Source: Proteromonas lacertae (lineage: Eukaryota). From it: a stretch of DNA of 42,035 nucleotides. This document shows, piece after piece, positions 37,979-42,035 of the stretch. Below the pieces are notes generated by a model. It was not told the DNA's origin. It worked only from the letters and a program-made list of their open reading frames with translations, and ran no database searches. The stretch covers positions 1 to 42,035 of the forward strand of contig NGBS01001217.1 of NCBI GenBank assembly GCA_002245135.1, given 5' to 3'. The position numbers and the translations under genes are program-made. Numbering within the stretch: the first letter of the stretch is position 1; each line of letters starts with the position of its first letter.

Positions 37979-38202
37979 TATATAGTATATAAATGGGACT
38001 ATGGCACATTGTCACAGAGTCCTAACGAGTGTTCTAGGGGTCCGTCCCCTTCTAGATTCAGAGTTGACTTTTACGGGCCATCATCGATGCAATCAATGAT
38101 GGCCCCGTAAAAGTCAACTCTGAATCTAGAAGGGGACGGACCCCTAGAACACTCGTTAGGACTCTGTGACAATGTGCCAGAGTCCCATTTATATACTATA
38201 TA
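37979..38202. mobile_element. 224-bp palindromic element with 6-bp target-site duplication
   Basis: Arms 37979-38088 and 38092-38202 (2 mismatches, 1 indel) around a 3-nt loop GCA. GAGAAA at 37973-37978 and 38203-38208. Confidence 0.9.
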
Positions 38203-39889
38203 GAGAAAAGAGCAAATTTCATCCCATTGAGTACAGATAAACAGCATTAAACTAATATTGTGTTTATATAATACACATACTATAACCAACTATATATCCC
38301 TTCATAACTGATTATGAGTAACAACATTATGTAGTTATATTGTTTGTAAAGTCTCTAATCGCTCAACGGGGAGTTGTACTCAACGAGGAACAACATTAGT
38401 AATATTGATCAAATAATATAACCAAAATATCTGATTTACAATATTTTTAATTTCTTTATAATAAATCTTTGTTGTTTTTGTTTTCTTTTTGTTTTACAAA
38501 TAAATATAATGCAACATCTAACTATTAAACATATATTTCTATATACTCTACTTCTACATATGTAGAAATGTGATTTGAAAGCAGGATTGTATAAATAGGT
38601 AACCTATAGATTTTAGGTAAAACCTATAATCTAGCTTTGACCGTTGGTCGGTCAAAACCTTGAGCATTATTTTGTTAAAATCTATTTTAATAACTTACTG
38701 AGTAACATTTGCTTTATACAAACTACCATACTATATAAAATATTATTCCTGCTTCTTGTTTTACTTTAATTACCATAGTTAGAATAAGATTGGTTGAAAT
38801 TGTATAAATATCTATTCTGATATATTAAAATTCATCTACAAACTACTCCAATAGTGATATTTAACATATCTATAAACAACTTGTTATTTTGATGATTAAT
38901 TTATATTGATTACTATCTCTAAAAAAAACAAATATAAATGTAATTATAATAATAAAATCTCTGATTTCTGGATATTAATGATTTGTCTTCAATAAGTCTC
39001 TTACTTTCTCAGTTTCTGAAAATAAATAATCATTTATAAAACTCTCTTAGAGTTATACTATATCCTAGTTTGAAGCAAAACCTTCTAATTCTGGTGAATT
39101 TACATAGATCTTTGTTGACAGAATCTGAATTGACTTGGCTTTTACCATATGTAATAATCTGAATATTTTATTTTAATCACGTTTTCCAAAATATTTTAAA
39201 GTAGTTAATATTTTTATGAAACATTTTATAATTGAATAAATCCATAACTTCTTTCGATGCGAAAGGAGGTAATGTGATATCCCTATAGTTTCATATATTA
39301 TAAAGTCTTATAAATATTGAGTAATTACACATTTAAATGATATAAATAGTCAAACCATCAAGCTTGATGTTTTTTCTTTTATTATTTTATTCTATAATTA
39401 ATTTAATATTATGTTAATAATATGTTATTGTGAGTCATCATTGAGAAATAGATCAAAATAATAGTTATATAAAAAGTGCATCGACGGACAATCAAATTTG
39501 ATATTTGAAAGATGATGTATAAAGCTTTAATTTTGTATATATGGTTAGATAATATGCTTGTTAACTCATTTTCAATAGGAGTTCAACTTATAGTTAGTAT
39601 AAGGAAGGTAAAAGGTAAACATATATTTTCTGATGAAATCTAGTTTTTCTCAACAACTTGAAAGTTATATGAAACAATAATTTACTAATCTATTAGTCAT
39701 ATTATAATAAAGAAGTATTATTATTATTTTCATTAATTGATATAAAATTTAAATCTAATTCTGTCATTTGTTATATATGCAGCTTAATTTCTTTTTATAA
39801 AGTAGATGTTTGATATTTAGTCATATATAATTAAATTTATAATGTCATGATATCTCTAAACAACATTAATCACTGAAATCTTTTATGAA

Positions 39890-40600
39890 AATTCCATGAA
39901 AAACTTTGAAAATTCCAAATAAACGTTAAAGAGAGAAGTCATTATCGTTATTTGGAATTAGAAAGAAAAGGTTTTAGATCAGCTCCAAAAAGAGGCAGAA
40001 AGCCTTTATTAAATGCTGCAACTAAGGCTTAAATCATCCATTGGAACTATAAACCACTATTTAAGATCCATCAAATACTATATCATAAAAAGGAGCAAAA
40101 ATCTTCCCTAATCTCCAACAAAATAAAAAAAGATTTCAATTTTGTATTCAAAATTATAATTTCAATTTCGAAAACTTAATCTGTGTTGATGAATGTCATT
40201 TCATCAATATACCTCTTTCCAGAAAATATTACTAGTCAAAGATGAAACAGTCTAAGATATAGAAAAAAGTATAAATTAATGTTTTACAAAGGGAGGTTAA
40301 ACTCTCAAAAATATAGAGATATAATCTTGAAATATTTAAAAGATATTAAAACATATGAAAAGGAAAATTTCTGGATACAGCAAGATAATGCGCCCTTGTT
40401 ACATGGGGGAAAATAACATTCAATTTTTTAATAATTTAGGAATGAATTTCATAAAACACCGCCCTGCTTCTCCTGATCTGAATTCGATTGAGAATGTTTG
40501 TGGGTGATAAAAAGAAATGTACTAACACATACATGTAGCAACGAAGAATCATTAATAAATAAAGAAAATAAATTCAGATCTCTCCAAAAAAATGGAAAAA
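39890..40600 (+). mobile_element. Decayed Tc1-family (DD34E-like) transposase
   Basis: KRGRKPLL, LICVDECHF (~40188), IQQDNAP (40384), PASPDLNSIENV (E at 40490). The D-E distance is 106 nt, i.e. D34E plus one extra base. Many stops. Confidence 0.8.
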
Positions 40601-41521
40601 GAGATTATCATTTTTTTATAATTTGTGTTATGTTATGTTTGTTTGTAAAACAAAAAGAAAACAAATACAACATAAAAAAATTAAAATATATTGACATTTA
40701 TTTGTAACATAGTGTATATTTTTGTTGAGGCACTTAAAAGTTCCTTTTTACCTCTCTTTAACAATGATTCATACCATTCTTCATCTTTTCCATATACCTG
40801 TTATATATACTCAAAGAAATATCAAGTTTTTTAATAATTGTAGATTTATAAACCTTTTTTCTTTCAATTTTAGGAATTTTTGATAATTATTCATCGAAGA
40901 TTGTAAATATGATTTCTTTTTATAATAAATCCTACATTTCATTAAATATAAAATAGATAGTTCCATAGTATTTTTCCCTATATTTCTTTATATCATACAT
41001 TTTTAATTAACATACTTCCAAAATGACTGAATTAGATTTTGAATTTATGACCTCTGTGTTCTAAACTAAATAATTCATATATGTAATAGTTTCTTTGAAA
41101 TGTTTCTAAATGTTAGGGTTATATGCTAAAAAGAAATATATAGCAGATGTAGCTTATATGCTAAATTAAGATTATATTTGAATATAACTCACTACCAAAC
41201 CCTCTACTGTCGAATTTATACGGTAGATTTATGGAACGTGTTGAAAGGAGAAGTAACATTACTTTCTTGCTTACTTTATTATAAAGGTACCAAAATCTAC
41301 TTTCTCTCATAAATCGCTTATTCTTATCCTTAGAAGCGCCTAAAATAGTCTGATATTGGATGAATATATTATATATTATATATACTCCATACTATATTTT
41401 TAATATTTGCTATTATTTTAATCATTAACTATAATTATATATTCTTTTTGCATAATTATATAGATATAAACTATGGTTTAATATTTAATCATTTATGGTC
41501 ATGTAATATTTAATGACATAT

Positions 41522-42035
41522 AATTATACATTTAAAAGTCAATCATATGAATAAAATTATGTATGTAAATACCCATCTCCATACCTTAATGGAATATTTA
41601 TTGAAATAGGAGCATTAGATGGAATAAAATATAGCAATTCATACTTTTTTGAGAAAAGTTTGGGATGGAAAGGATTGTTAGTTGAAGGATCAACATCAAA
41701 CTGCAAAAAATTAAAACATAATCATTATATTAGAAATAGATCGAAATTATATGTGCAGCTATATGTGATGGTGAATCAACTATATTTATTGAAAGTGATG
41801 CTATTGGTGGCATTGAAAATGAATTGCCATATAGATCTTGGGCTAACTTTTCATTATCCAAAAGAACAATAAAAAAATGTATAAAATTAAATAAAATAAT
41901 AAGATATTATGGAATTACTCATATTGATATATTCTATTTAGATGTAGAAGGTAGTGAATTAGCAGCTATAAAATACTTTGATTTCAATATTACAGTGAAT
42001 TATTGGATTATTGAATTTAACAATAAATCAATGAA
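41522..42035 (+). pseudogene. FkbM-family (Methyltransf_21) methyltransferase, disrupted, runs off the window
   Basis: GIFIEIGALDGIKYSNSYFFEKSLGWKGLLVE and HIDIFYLDVEGSEL. In-frame TAA at 41552 and a frameshift at ~41743-41745. Confidence 0.8.

Noticed and set aside
38071..38289. 72-aa ORF across the palindrome (also 29961-30161 and 30357-30551)
   Set aside because: Chance ORFs in repeat DNA with non-ATG starts.
38700..39360. Possible decayed minus-strand gene (DLCKFTRIRRFCFKLG)
   Set aside because: Too many stops and no family I can recognise.

Overview
Very AT-rich eukaryotic DNA with the standard genetic code and many ~30-45 nt GT-AG introns. A Blastocystis-like protist host is an inference only. 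(1) 1-~6730 is one end of an integrated Polinton/Maverick-type element: a frameshifted rve integrase, a ~1630-aa protein-primed PolB with OTU-like, HNH and acidic inserts, two small ORFs and a structured terminus that supplies the stop codon of a neighbouring GT31 gene. (2) ~8000-25900 holds compact host genes: TPPP/p25-like, decayed kinase-TPR, kinesin-4-like, BTB-Ig-SPRY, class II-like eIF4E, UFD2/UBE4 and a Cache-7TM-RGS receptor. (3) ~26100-42035 is a decaying accessory zone with pogo, hAT and Tc1 remnants, foldback MITEs and intronless glycan-modifying genes. The strongest observation is a 224-bp near-perfect palindrome at 37979-38202, flanked by a 6-bp direct repeat (GAGAAA), whose ends resemble the Polinton terminus at ~6730. 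It is a candidate integrated 'TIR-only' snap-back derivative of a Polinton-like element.
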